DNA from: Bacteroidota bacterium
GTDB lineage: Bacteria; Bacteroidota; Bacteroidia; Flavobacteriales; Flavobacteriaceae
DNA: 64,000 nucleotides
Assembly (NCBI GenBank): GCA_024280145.1
Contig: JAJRQR010000028.1
Span: 5,734 to 69,733, forward strand
Direction: 5' to 3'
A program made the position numbers and the translations under genes. The notes beneath the pieces were generated by a model, which saw only the letters and a list, made by a program, of their open reading frames with translations, did no database searches and was not told the origin of the DNA. Position 1 is the first letter of the stretch, and each line of letters begins with the position of its first letter. This document shows, one piece after another, positions 1 to 9,797 of the stretch.

Positions 1-2
1 CC

Positions 3-512
3 TATACATTATACCCTAGAGTATTTGATCAGGCACATGAAAACTATAAGAAATTCGGAAATTTATCGGTGCTTCCAACGATCAATTTCTTTTACGGAAT
101 GAAGCCACAAGAAGAAGCATTTATCGAGTTAGAACCCGGAAAAGTGATTATTGTAAAATTACTTTCCATTGGAAATGCCAACGAAGAAGGAATGCGAACC
201 ATCTTCTTTAAAATAAACGGTGAAAACCGTATGGTGGAGATTCAAGACAAATCATTAAACATTATAAAAGTTGAAAATACAAAAGCTGATACTGATAGTC
301 CTAATGAAATTGGAGCACCCTTACAAGGCTTACTTTATAAAGTATTGGTAAAAAAAGGACAAGAAGTAAAAGAAAATGATCCTTTATTTATTATAGAAGC
401 AATGAAAATGGAAACTACCGTAACAGCACATATATCCGGAAAAATTAAATCGATCACCTTAAAACCTGGAGGTATGGTAATGCAGGACGATTTGGTTTTG
501 AGTTTAGAGTAA
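3..512 (+). CDS. pyc: Pyruvate carboxylase, C-terminal part (gene begins upstream of the window)
   Basis: Frame is open from position 3 (YTLYPRVF...). Has the biotinyl motif EAMKMET and the PT-domain segment IELEPGK...INGENR. Confidence 0.9.
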   Translation, partial: YTLYPRVFDQAHENYKKFGNLSVLPTINFFYGMKPQEEAFIELEPGKVIIVKLLSIGNANEEGMRTIFFKINGENRMVEIQDKSLNIIKVENTKADTDSPNEIGAPLQGLLYKVLVKKGQEVKENDPLFIIEAMKMETTVTAHISGKIKSITLKPGGMVMQDDLVLSLE

Positions 513-513
513 T

Positions 514-548
514 AAAAAAGGCTCAAATTTTAAATTTGAGCCTTTTTT
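514..548. terminator. Bidirectional intrinsic terminator
   Basis: Perfect 17-bp inverted repeat AAAAAAGGCTCAAATTT-T-AAATTTGAGCCTTTTTT between convergent genes. Confidence 0.9.
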
Positions 549-565
549 AATTCTTTTAGAATATA

Positions 566-964
566 TTACATTCCTATTACACCCATTGCTTGGTTTAATA
601 CATCAGGATTACTTCCAACCCAATCCATTACTTTATTAGAAAGTTTTGGATTGCTCATTACAGATTTCATAATAGCTCCAATATTTCCTTTATTTTCTTT
701 GTAAATTTCTCCAATCTGTGATCTTGTTTCAGGATTAGATTTCAAATATCCTACTGCTTGTTTACCTAAATCTTCATTGACAACTAATTGTTCCTTAATC
801 TGCTTTTCTAATTTGGGGTTTTGTTTTAGTTTATCATTAGATTTAGAATCAGTGATAGTCTGAGCTTTATCTGATGTACTTTTAACATCCTTTACAGAAA
901 TAGCTTGTGAAGTAGCAACTCCAGTAAAAGCTAAAGTAATTGCAATAAATAATAATTTTTTCAT
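566..964 (-). CDS. Hypothetical exported helical protein
   Basis: Sec signal MKKLLFIAITLAFTGVATSQA; TATATTTG element upstream and terminator downstream. Confidence 0.75.
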   Translation of the reverse strand: MKKLLFIAITLAFTGVATSQAISVKDVKSTSDKAQTITDSKSNDKLKQNPKLEKQIKEQLVVNEDLGKQAVGYLKSNPETRSQIGEIYKENKGNIGAIMKSVMSNPKLSNKVMDWVGSNPDVLNQAMGVIGM

Positions 965-992
965 AATTGAAATTTTTAAGTGATTAATGTTT

Positions 993-1000
993 CAAATATA
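993..1000 (-). promoter_or_regulatory. Bacteroidota sigma-A -7 element
   Basis: TATATTTG on the minus strand matches TAnnTTTG, upstream of 566..964. Confidence 0.6.
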
Positions 1001-1112
1001 GGGTATTTATTTTTCTTAAAGCAATAAGAAAAGGATTACAAAAAAAGCTACATTAAAAGAATGGTATTAATTTGTGACCTCTGATAATCCTAACAAAACT
1101 CGCTTTGAAAAC

Positions 1113-1165
1113 AAAAAAATCAAACTTATAAATTCAAGCAAGCTTGATTTAACGTTTGATTTTTT
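1113..1165 (-). terminator. Long imperfect hairpin, probable terminator after tRNA-Arg
   Basis: AAAAAATCAAAC...TCAAGC-AA-GCTTGA...GTTTGATTTTTT, just 3' of the tRNA. Confidence 0.65.
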
Positions 1166-1174
1166 ATTTATTCG

Positions 1175-1248
1175 TGACCTCGAGAGGATTCGAACCTCCA
1201 ACCCTCAGAGCCGAAATCTGATATTCTATCCAGTTGAACTACGAGGCC
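1175..1248 (-). tRNA. tRNA-Arg(TCG)
   Basis: Minus strand reads GGCCTCGTAGTTCAACTGGATAGAATATCAGATTTCGGCTCTGAGGGTTGGAGGTTCGAATCCTCTCGAGGTCA. Cloverleaf with anticodon arm TCAGA-TT-TCG-GC-TCTGA and GTTCGAATC T-loop; CCA not encoded. Confidence 0.95.
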
Positions 1249-1285
1249 ATTTTCTTGCTAAAGCAGGAATCTTAAAAATTTATTA

Positions 1286-1735
1286 TCAACTACTCAATTT
1301 AGTTTTAACAATTCCAGAAATAGTTTTACCATCTGCTTTTCCTGCTAACTTTCCATTTACCATTCCCATTACTTTTCCCATATCTTTCATAGAATTAGCT
1401 CCTGTTTGTGCTATAACTTCCTCCACAACTTTTGCTACTTCTTCTTCGCTCATTTGTTCTGGTAGAAACTGCGAAATTACGGCTGCTTGTTCCAATTCTG
1501 GAGTGGCTAAATCTTCTCTGTTTTGTTCTGTAAAAATAACGGCACTATCCTTACGTTGTTTTACGAGTTTTTGAAGTATCTTATTTCCACCATCTTCTGT
1601 CAATTCTGCTGAAGCACCACTTGTTTTAGCTAATATTAACTCTGATTTTACAGCACGTAAAGCTGCTAAAGCCATTTGGTCTTTCGCTTTCATTGCAATT
1701 TTCATTGCGTCCATTATTTTCTTTTCTAACCTCAT
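1286..1735 (-). CDS. yqeY: GatB/YqeY domain protein
   Basis: AMKAKD...LRAVKS, VKQRKDS, FLPEQMSEEE and MKDMGKVMG motifs. Confidence 0.9.
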   Translation of the reverse strand: MRLEKKIMDAMKIAMKAKDQMALAALRAVKSELILAKTSGASAELTEDGGNKILQKLVKQRKDSAVIFTEQNREDLATPELEQAAVISQFLPEQMSEEEVAKVVEEVIAQTGANSMKDMGKVMGMVNGKLAGKADGKTISGIVKTKLSS

Positions 1736-1755
1736 AATTTATTAATTTTGGATTG

Positions 1756-1763
1756 CAAAGGTA
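1756..1763 (-). promoter_or_regulatory. Sigma-A -7 element for yqeY-tRNA
   Basis: TACCTTTG followed by C on the minus strand, 20 nt upstream of the ATG. Confidence 0.65.
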
Positions 1764-1841
1764 CAAACTTTTAGTTTCAAAATATAAGATTGCTTCACCT
1801 TGAAAAAAGGCTCGCAAAGACAATTCAGAATAATACACAGT

Positions 1842-1877
1842 AAAAAAAGCCTGAGAAAAAAATCATCCCAGGCTTTT
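1842..1877 (-). terminator. Terminator ending the dcw operon
   Basis: Minus strand AAAAGCCTGGGA...TCTCAGGCTTTTTTT after the ftsZ stop. Confidence 0.8.
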
Positions 1878-1896
1878 CGGCTTAAAGTGCAAATTA

Positions 1897-3906
1897 TTAA
1901 TCTACATTATCGTGTAAAAAAGAATTATTAGTACGTAAATCTATCTCATCATCATCGGTGTTTAATGTTGTTCTAGATATGTTTAATTCTTGATTTGTGT
2001 TATCATCTAATTCAATTCCCATACGCTTATACGCAGGCTCTTTTTCTATTTCATCGATATGAGAACTTCTGTTTTTAAACTTATAATTAAAGTCCTTCAT
2101 TTTTCGTTTACGTTTTTCCGCTTGGTCAATTAAAACTTGCGAAATTGGCATATTAAGAGGGTCGTTCTCTACATTTTCTTTTTTACTTGGCATCTCTGTT
2201 TCTTCGATGGTTCTAGTTTCAAAAACTATTTCCTTCTCAGAAACTTCCGCTTCATTTACAGATGGTTTTGCATCGCTTAAATGATTTTCCATTTCTTGAT
2301 AATCATCTAAACTATAAGTAATCGTTTTCTCTTTGGTGACCTCTGTAATTGGAGCTACTTCAATATGGTCGCTTACTTCAATTTCTTCAATATTAGCTGC
2401 TACCGTTTCAAGTTCTTGCACTTGTTTAGGCTGTTCTTTTCTTTCTGAAGTACTTGCAGACCCAAGACTCACATCCAAATCAAACATTAATATTTGATCT
2501 TCTGAAGTTGCAATTTCTCTATTAACTTCTGTAAATTCTTCTGCTTTTTCTTCTTCTGAAATAGCATCAACTATTACAAATTCATTAACATCAATTTCGT
2601 TGATATTTACTTGTTTAAATTCAGCTAAATGATGAATATCAATCTCTTCAAATGAAACATCCAAATCCTTAATCAATTCTGAAGTTTCAATAAAATCTTC
2701 AAAAGAAACTTTAGTAGAAGCTACTTCGACTATTTCTTCTTCCTCTTCTTCAAAAAGAGTATGCTTGATTATTGGTGCTTCAACTACATTATTTATAGGT
2801 TCAGACATTGGATCTGAAGGTGAATCATTTTTATCGGTCACCAACACATGTTCCGCTTTCTGTTCATCTTCTAAAATATGAATCACTTTTTTTGATTCCG
2901 CATTTACAATAGTGTTTTGTTGCTCTACATTAAAACCCGTAGCGATAACAGTAATTGCAATAGAATCTTCTAAGGAATCATCGTCTCCAACTCCCATGAT
3001 AATATTAGCTCCGTGTCCAGCCTCACTCTGAATATAGTCACTAATTTCTCCTATTTCATCAATGGTAATTTCATCAACTCCAGAAACAATTAGCAATAAA
3101 ACATTGGTTGCTCCCTTTATTTTATTATCGTTTAAAAGAGGAGAATCCAAGGCTTTAGAAATCGCTTCAGCAGCTCTGTTTGATCCACTTGCACTAGCAC
3201 TTCCCATTATTGCAGTACCACTATTTGAAAGTACCGTTTTGGCATCTCGTAAATCTATATTTTGTGTGTAATGATGGGTAATTACTTCAGCAATACCACG
3301 AGCAGCAGTGGCTAAGACCTCATCAGCTTTTGAGAATCCTGCTTTAAAACCAAGATTACCATACACATCTCGCAATTTATTATTATTGATAACGATAAGA
3401 GAATCGACATTTTCTCTAAGTTTTTCAACCCCAATATTTGCTTGATCGTTTCGCATTTTACCTTCAAATGCAAAAGGAATAGTAACAATACCAACTGTTA
3501 AAATCCCCATATCTTTAGCCATTCTCGCAATAATTGGTGCGGCTCCTGTGCCGGTTCCACCTCCCATACCAGCAGTTATAAATAACATTTTTGTATTGGT
3601 TGAAAGCATTGACTTAATATCTTCCAGACTTTCTACAGCAGATTGTTCTCCAACTTGTGGGTTGGCACCTGCTCCTAATCCTTCTGTTAGGGTAATTCCT
3701 AATTGAATTTTAATAGGAACAGCACTGCTTTCTAGGGCTTGTGAATCTGTATTACAAATTACAAAATCAACTCCATTAATCCCTTGACTAAACATGTGAT
3801 TGATTGCGTTGCTTCCACCACCACCTACACCTATGACTTTTATGACATTGGATTGGTTTTTTGGCATTATAAACTCTAGGTTCTCCATTTCTTTGTTACT
3901 ACTCAT
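1897..3906 (-). CDS. ftsZ: Cell division protein FtsZ with long acidic linker
   Basis: GVGGGGSNA and GMGGGTGTG tubulin signature; C-terminal NNSFLHDNVD. Confidence 0.98.
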   Translation of the reverse strand: MSSNKEMENLEFIMPKNQSNVIKVIGVGGGGSNAINHMFSQGINGVDFVICNTDSQALESSAVPIKIQLGITLTEGLGAGANPQVGEQSAVESLEDIKSMLSTNTKMLFITAGMGGGTGTGAAPIIARMAKDMGILTVGIVTIPFAFEGKMRNDQANIGVEKLRENVDSLIVINNNKLRDVYGNLGFKAGFSKADEVLATAARGIAEVITHHYTQNIDLRDAKTVLSNSGTAIMGSASASGSNRAAEAISKALDSPLLNDNKIKGATNVLLLIVSGVDEITIDEIGEISDYIQSEAGHGANIIMGVGDDDSLEDSIAITVIATGFNVEQQNTIVNAESKKVIHILEDEQKAEHVLVTDKNDSPSDPMSEPINNVVEAPIIKHTLFEEEEEEIVEVASTKVSFEDFIETSELIKDLDVSFEEIDIHHLAEFKQVNINEIDVNEFVIVDAISEEEKAEEFTEVNREIATSEDQILMFDLDVSLGSASTSERKEQPKQVQELETVAANIEEIEVSDHIEVAPITEVTKEKTITYSLDDYQEMENHLSDAKPSVNEAEVSEKEIVFETRTIEETEMPSKKENVENDPLNMPISQVLIDQAEKRKRKMKDFNYKFKNRSSHIDEIEKEPAYKRMGIELDDNTNQELNISRTTLNTDDDEIDLRTNNSFLHDNVD

Positions 3907-3997
3907 AATTTTATATTTTGCGAGGTTGTTGGTTTGGTATTATGATATTTTTTAATTTTATTTCGACTAGTCCTCGTTCTCTGAACTTATCGAAGTG

Positions 3998-5314
3998 TTA
4001 TTCTGCTTTATCTAAAAATTCTTTTAAGGAATCTGAAAATCTTTCAAAAAACCCTTTTCTTTTTAATTTTGGTTTTTCCTCTTCATTTTCATTCTCTTCT
4101 TCGGAAGTTGTTGTAATTTCTTCGTCTATAACTTCTTCTGTTTCTAAAATTCTTTTGTTTTCTAAACCGTTAAGCACTAATCCTACTGCTGTTGCATACA
4201 TTGGACTAGTAACTTCGCTATCGCTATCGCCAGCCATATGCTCGTTTGGGTAGCCTACTCTTGTATCCATTCCGGTAATATATTCTACTAACTGCTTTAA
4301 ATGCTTTAATTGTGCGCCTCCTCCTGTTAAAACGATTCCTGCGATTAATTTTTTCTTTTGCTCTTCGTGCCCGTAATTTTTTATTTCTAAATTGACTTGA
4401 TTTATAATTTCAATAACTCGAGCGTGAATTATTTTTGAAAGGTTTTTTAAAGTTATTTCTTTTGGTTCTCTTCCTCGTAATCCTGGTATTGAAACAATTT
4501 CATTGTCTTTATTTTCGCCTGGCCAAGCAGATCCAAATTTTACTTTTAACAGTTCAGCTTGCTTCTCAATAATGGAACAACCTTCTTTAATATCTTCAGT
4601 TATTACATTTCCACCAAAAGGAATTACGGCTGTATGCCGAATGATTCCATCTTTAAAAATGGCAAGGTCTGTGGTACCTCCACCAATATCAATCAATGCC
4701 ACACCTGCCTCTTTTTCTTCTTTTCCCAATACTGCATTTGCAGAAGCTAAAGGCTCTAAGGTGATTCCTGACATTTCTAAACCGGCACTTTTAATACATC
4801 TTCCTATGTTTCGAATAGAAGAAATTTGTCCAACAACCACATGAAAATTAGCTTCTAATCTTCCGCCGTACATTCCAATAGGTTCGGTTATTTCACTTTG
4901 CCCATCTACTTTAAAATCTTGTGGAAGCACATGAATTATTTCTTCACCCGGAAGCATAACTAGTTTATGAACTTGATTGCAAAGGTTTTCAATATCACCT
5001 TCATCAATAACTGTTTCGCTATCTTTTCGAGTGATATAATCACTGTGTTGAAGGCTTCGAATATGTTGCCCTGCAATTCCAACAATGACATCAGAAATTT
5101 TCATTCCTGAAGAGGTTTCCGCATCTTGTACTGCTTGCTGAATAGATTGAATGGTTTGTGTTATATTATTTACCACACCTCTATGAACACCCAAACTTTT
5201 AGATTTTCCGACACCTAAAATTTCTAGTTTCCCATACTCATTGTACTGCCCAATCATAGCAACAATCTTGGTTGTACCGATGTCTAATCCTACAGCTATT
5301 TTATTATTCTCCAT
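3998..5314 (-). CDS. ftsA: Cell division protein FtsA
   Basis: VGLDIGTTK, DIGGGTTD and LTGGGAQL actin-like ATPase motifs; dcw position. Confidence 0.97.
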   Translation of the reverse strand: MENNKIAVGLDIGTTKIVAMIGQYNEYGKLEILGVGKSKSLGVHRGVVNNITQTIQSIQQAVQDAETSSGMKISDVIVGIAGQHIRSLQHSDYITRKDSETVIDEGDIENLCNQVHKLVMLPGEEIIHVLPQDFKVDGQSEITEPIGMYGGRLEANFHVVVGQISSIRNIGRCIKSAGLEMSGITLEPLASANAVLGKEEKEAGVALIDIGGGTTDLAIFKDGIIRHTAVIPFGGNVITEDIKEGCSIIEKQAELLKVKFGSAWPGENKDNEIVSIPGLRGREPKEITLKNLSKIIHARVIEIINQVNLEIKNYGHEEQKKKLIAGIVLTGGGAQLKHLKQLVEYITGMDTRVGYPNEHMAGDSDSEVTSPMYATAVGLVLNGLENKRILETEEVIDEEITTTSEEENENEEEKPKLKRKGFFERFSDSLKEFLDKAE

Positions 5315-6035
5315 TGGCTTTCCATTTTGTAGCTACCACTTGATTTGCAAATTTTAAATTCACCAAGCCATAACTTTCAAGTAAACTATCTTGTTTTGTT
5401 AGTTTATAAAACGCTTTAAATTTTTGAAACTTATTTTCTATATCTTCCGATTTTCCAAAAAGAACTTTAAAGTTATTTTTTCGTACTATTAATTTTATTT
5501 CCCCATTTGAATCAACATCCATCCCAACAACATACTCCTTCATAAATTCATCCTTACTAATTTCATTCATCAAATGAGTAACTTCTAAAAAATATTTTTC
5601 ATTTAATCCGCTAATTATTGGCACTCTTGCTGAATGAACTGACGACATCGGCATTTTTTTTCCGTCTTCATCCAAGTAAAAATCCGGCGATCCTTTAACT
5701 CTAGCTATGGGATTGCGCTGTTCTAACTTCACTCCCAACACACCATCAATAGTAACATAGACCTCTGCCGCTTTAATCATTGGGTTTTCCAACAATCTTT
5801 TCTCCATCTCTTTCAAAACTAAAGTTTCTTTGCCAATGCTCGTAAGGGTGTCGCTATTTAGTATTAACAATTTATTAACCGATTCTGGAGTGATAAACAT
5901 TCGGTTTTCATCCTTAAAGTCAAGGGTTATTTTATGTATTTTTCGTTGCTTATTTCGTTGCTTACTGAAACCAAATAAGAACACAATTAAACTTGTGACC
6001 AACAAAAACTTTATGATATTCCAATTAATTCTCAT
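5304..6035 (-). CDS. ftsQ: Cell division protein FtsQ/DivIB
   Basis: N-terminal TM, EQRNPIAR segment; lies between murC and ftsA. Confidence 0.9.
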   Translation of the reverse strand: MRINWNIIKFLLVTSLIVFLFGFSKQRNKQRKIHKITLDFKDENRMFITPESVNKLLILNSDTLTSIGKETLVLKEMEKRLLENPMIKAAEVYVTIDGVLGVKLEQRNPIARVKGSPDFYLDEDGKKMPMSSVHSARVPIISGLNEKYFLEVTHLMNEISKDEFMKEYVVGMDVDSNGEIKLIVRKNNFKVLFGKSEDIENKFQKFKAFYKLTKQDSLLESYGLVNLKFANQVVATKWKANGE

Positions 6036-7380
6036 TCGTCAAGTATTTTGTCACCTTATCTACTTCAACTCCAATATCACCAGCACCTGCCATAATCTTC
6101 ACCAAACAATTTGAAGCCTTTATTTCAGCTGATAATTCATTTTTTGAAATCAGTTTTTTATGTTCATTTTCTATCTTATTTAACAACCAATTTGAAGTAA
6201 CCCCTTCAATAGGCTCTTCTCTAGCTGGATAGATATCCAATAAGATGATTTCATCAAATTTTGAAAGGCTTTTTGCAAATTCTGAAACAAAATCTCTTGT
6301 TCGTGAAAATAAATGTGGCTGAAACACAATCAATTTCTTTTCATTGGGGTACATTTCAGTAACTGCATGAAAAACAGCTTCAATTTCGGTTGGATGATGC
6401 GCATAATCATCAATCAATACCAAATTTTCTGTTTTTATTTTATAAGAAAACCTTCTTTTTACTCCTTTAAAATTCTGTAAAGCTTTGGGCAGACAATCGG
6501 TTGGGGAACCTGCAAGAATCGCCATACCCAAAGCGGTAACAGCATTAAACATATTATGACGACCCGGTAAATGGAATCGTAAATTTTCAATTATTTCGGA
6601 AGGCGTTTTTAAATCAAACACATAACTTCCTTTGTCAATTCGTACATTTTGTGCTTGAAAATCGGCAGTTTCAGTTGCCGAAACCGTATTTCCTTTTAAA
6701 GGAAGCCCTTTCTTAAAAAGTAAGTTTCTCGGGTTCGGAAGTAATTCAGAAAACTCAATAAAAGTATTTTCCAAATCGGCAGCATCTGAATAAATATCTA
6801 AATGATCGGCATCCATAGAAGTCACACAAGCAATGGTCGGTTTTAATTGTAAAAACGAACGGTCAAATTCATCGGCTTCCACAACCATTATTTCGCTTCC
6901 TTTGTATATTAAATTGGAATTATAATTCTCCGTAACACCACCTAAAAAAGCAGTTACTGGCATATTACATTCCGCTAATAAATGCCCTAAAATTGCTGAA
7001 GTTGTGGTTTTTCCGTGTGTTCCTGCTACTGCCAAACACATAGCGTTTTTTGAGATTTCACCCAAAACAGCAGCTCGTTTTAAAATCCAATAACCTTCAG
7101 AAGTAAACCAAGATAAAATCACATTACTTTTTGGAATTGCTGGAGTAAAAACCACCAAAGTATTTTCGTTATTCTGAATACTTTTTGGCAATAAAGAAAG
7201 ATCATCTTCAAACTGAATTTGTATTCCTTCCTGTATTAAAGCATCCGTAATTTCTGAAGGTGTTTTGTCATAACCAAACACAGATTTCCCTTCAAGATTA
7301 AAATAACGCGCCAAGGCACTCATTCCAATCCCTCCGATACCTACGAAGTAAAAATTCTGTATGTATTTTAGGTTATTCAT
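6025..7380 (-). CDS. murC: UDP-N-acetylmuramate--L-alanine ligase
   Basis: [25 protein letters not shown] and DDYAHHPTE. Confidence 0.97.
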   Translation of the reverse strand: MNNLKYIQNFYFVGIGGIGMSALARYFNLEGKSVFGYDKTPSEITDALIQEGIQIQFEDDLSLLPKSIQNNENTLVVFTPAIPKSNVILSWFTSEGYWILKRAAVLGEISKNAMCLAVAGTHGKTTTSAILGHLLAECNMPVTAFLGGVTENYNSNLIYKGSEIMVVEADEFDRSFLQLKPTIACVTSMDADHLDIYSDAADLENTFIEFSELLPNPRNLLFKKGLPLKGNTVSATETADFQAQNVRIDKGSYVFDLKTPSEIIENLRFHLPGRHNMFNAVTALGMAILAGSPTDCLPKALQNFKGVKRRFSYKIKTENLVLIDDYAHHPTEIEAVFHAVTEMYPNEKKLIVFQPHLFSRTRDFVSEFAKSLSKFDEIILLDIYPAREEPIEGVTSNWLLNKIENEHKKLISKNELSAEIKASNCLVKIMAGAGDIGVEVDKVTKYLTNEN

Positions 7381-8479
7381 TTTTCTGCTCTAATAATCTT
7401 TCAATTTCTGCTACAATTTCTTTGGTAGCATTAGGTTTCCCTAAACTTTTTATATTTTTCGAAAAGGTTGCTTGTTGCTTCTCAGAAGTGATTAGTTCTG
7501 TAAAAACAGTTTCAAAATTTGCATCCAATTCATTTTCCTTGATTAATAATGCCGCATTGTTATTTGAAATTGCCAATGCATTTTTTGTTTGATGATCTTC
7601 GGCTACATTTGGCGAAGGGATAAATATCACGGGTTTCCCAACTAAACATAATTCTGAAACCGATAAAGCTCCCGCTCTCGAAATTATAAAATCGGATGCT
7701 GCATAAGCCAAATCCATTCGGTTTAAAAAAGCATGAATTTGTACTGTATCTGTTTCTTTATTCTTATAAGTTTCGTAATAAAAACTTCCGCATTGCCATA
7801 TGACTTGTAGGTTCAGTTTTGAAAACAACTCAAAAGACGAATCTATTAATTGGTTGACTCTTCTTGCTCCTAAACTTCCGCCTAAAATCAATATTGTTTT
7901 CTTACCATTCTTCAGATTAAAAAAGGAAATTGCTTCTTCTCTTTTGGTTGAAATATCTAGTAAATCTTGTCGAACGGGATTACCAGTTAATTTTATTTTA
8001 TCGGAAGGAAAAAATTTATCCATTCCATCGTAAGCCACACAAATACTTTTGGCTTTATTGCTCAACCATTTGTTGGTAATTCCCGCATGTGAATTTTGTT
8101 CTTGTATCAAACAGGGAATTCCTTTATTGGAAGCAACGCGTAACAAAGGAGCACTTGCATAACCGCCTGTCCCTATAGCTACATCTGGCTTAAAATTTTT
8201 AATTATTTTTCTTGAAGCCCATAAACTCGAAATAAGTTTAAAAGGAAACATCATGTTTTTTAATGATAAACTTCTTTGCAACCCTGAAATCCAAAGCCCT
8301 TTAATTTTATAACCTGCTTGAGGAACTTTTTCCATTTCCATACGGTCTTTTGCTCCTACAAATAAAAATTCAGCATTAGGATAGCGTACTTTTAATTCAT
8401 TTGCAATCGCAACCGCAGGATAGATATGACCTCCTGTTCCGCCTCCGCTTATAATAAATTTTAAATTTTCTTTAGACAC
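7373..8479 (-). CDS. murG: Undecaprenyldiphospho-muramoylpentapeptide GlcNAc transferase
   Basis: [27 protein letters not shown] and HQTKNA. Confidence 0.97.
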   Translation of the reverse strand: MSKENLKFIISGGGTGGHIYPAVAIANELKVRYPNAEFLFVGAKDRMEMEKVPQAGYKIKGLWISGLQRSLSLKNMMFPFKLISSLWASRKIIKNFKPDVAIGTGGYASAPLLRVASNKGIPCLIQEQNSHAGITNKWLSNKAKSICVAYDGMDKFFPSDKIKLTGNPVRQDLLDISTKREEAISFFNLKNGKKTILILGGSLGARRVNQLIDSSFELFSKLNLQVIWQCGSFYYETYKNKETDTVQIHAFLNRMDLAYAASDFIISRAGALSVSELCLVGKPVIFIPSPNVAEDHQTKNALAISNNNAALLIKENELDANFETVFTELITSEKQQATFSKNIKSLGKPNATKEIVAEIERLLEQKNE

Positions 8480-8519
8480 TATTTCTATTTATTCTTTATA
8501 TTCTTTTCGTTATTATAAA

Positions 8520-9707
8520 CTATATCGCCTGACTTAAAACATCCAATGGATTTTGTTCTTCTTCTTTGATAATTACTTCTCTTTTTGCGCTTACACTTAA
8601 CACCATTCCTATTGCCAAACAGGTCATCCATATTGATGAACCACCACTACTAATTAAAGGCAATGTTTGACCCGTTACTGGGAATATTTCAACCGCAACT
8701 GCCATATTAATTAATGCAACAAATACTATGGGCAATCCGACACCTATGACTAATAATTTTCCGAAAACTGTTTCTGCTTTATGTGCAACCACTACAAACC
8801 GGAATAATAAAAACATATATAGCACTATTAAAAGTAAGGCTCCTGCCAATCCGAATTCTTCAGCAATTATGGCATAAATAAAATCGGAAGATGATTGAGG
8901 TAAAAAGTTTTTCTGAATACTTTTTCCAGGTCCTAATCCTGTAATTCCTCCAGAGGCGATGGCTATTTTGGCTTTTTCAATTTGATAATCTGCTTCTGTA
9001 TCTTCACCATCAACAAAGTTATCTATTCTACTCATCCAAGTATCAACCCTATTCGGAAACACACCCGGAAAAACTTTTGCTGAAATCACAAACATGGTTA
9101 AAAACAACAACCCTGAAGCAAGTATAATTAGCAAATATTTGGTTGGATAACCACCAATAAATACCAAAACCGTTAACATCGTAAAAATAATTGCTGCTGT
9201 TGAAAAATTGGCTGGAAGTATTAATATCAGCACTAAAAAAACAGGCACCCAAAGCGGTAATAACGTTTCTTTAAAAGTGATTGTTTTATCTTTTATCTTG
9301 GCTAAATACCTTGCTATATAAGTCAATAAGACTACTGAAGCTAAAGTGGAACTTTGAAAAGTGAAGCCTACTACTGGAATACGAATCCACCGACTAGCAT
9401 TTGCACCTTCAATAGTTGTTCCTTGTGTTATCGTAACAATTAATAATAAAATCACTACCGGCAAAGCCAAAACAGATAAGCCTTTAAAGTAATGATACGG
9501 CACTTTATGAACTCCATATAAAATGGCAAAACCTAAAAACAAATGGACTAAATGCTTTAATAGAAACTTTAGAGTACTTCCATCGCCATACAAATATGCC
9601 AAATTACTACTGGCGCTATAAACCGGCAAAAATGAAAACAATGCCAACAAGGCAACCACAGCCCAAATGGCTTTATCTCCTTTTATATGTTGAAATATTT
9701 GTCTCAT
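8520..9707 (-). CDS. ftsW: FtsW (SEDS family) peptidoglycan polymerase
   Basis: Multiple TM helices, ASRWI, FLPQSSSDFIYA and PVTGQTLPLISSGGSS. Confidence 0.95.
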   Translation of the reverse strand: MRQIFQHIKGDKAIWAVVALLALFSFLPVYSASSNLAYLYGDGSTLKFLLKHLVHLFLGFAILYGVHKVPYHYFKGLSVLALPVVILLLIVTITQGTTIEGANASRWIRIPVVGFTFQSSTLASVVLLTYIARYLAKIKDKTITFKETLLPLWVPVFLVLILILPANFSTAAIIFTMLTVLVFIGGYPTKYLLIILASGLLFLTMFVISAKVFPGVFPNRVDTWMSRIDNFVDGEDTEADYQIEKAKIAIASGGITGLGPGKSIQKNFLPQSSSDFIYAIIAEEFGLAGALLLIVLYMFLLFRFVVVAHKAETVFGKLLVIGVGLPIVFVALINMAVAVEIFPVTGQTLPLISSGGSSIWMTCLAIGMVLSVSAKREVIIKEEEQNPLDVLSQAI

Positions 9708-9797
9708 TTTATTCTCATAAAGGCGTTAAGGCGCCAAATATTTTAATTGTTTTTAATTACTATTTCCGCAGTCTCGACTACGGCTACATTATTTTTT

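Noticed and set aside
1074-1081. GTGACCTC repeat of the tRNA-Arg 3' end (also at 1174-1181) as a possible att site
   Set aside because: Only 8 bp, 100 bp apart, with no integrase or cargo between; cannot be distinguished from chance or a very old scar.
1074-1574. 166-aa plus-strand ORF
   Set aside because: Antisense to yqeY and runs across the tRNA and its terminator; a shadow ORF.
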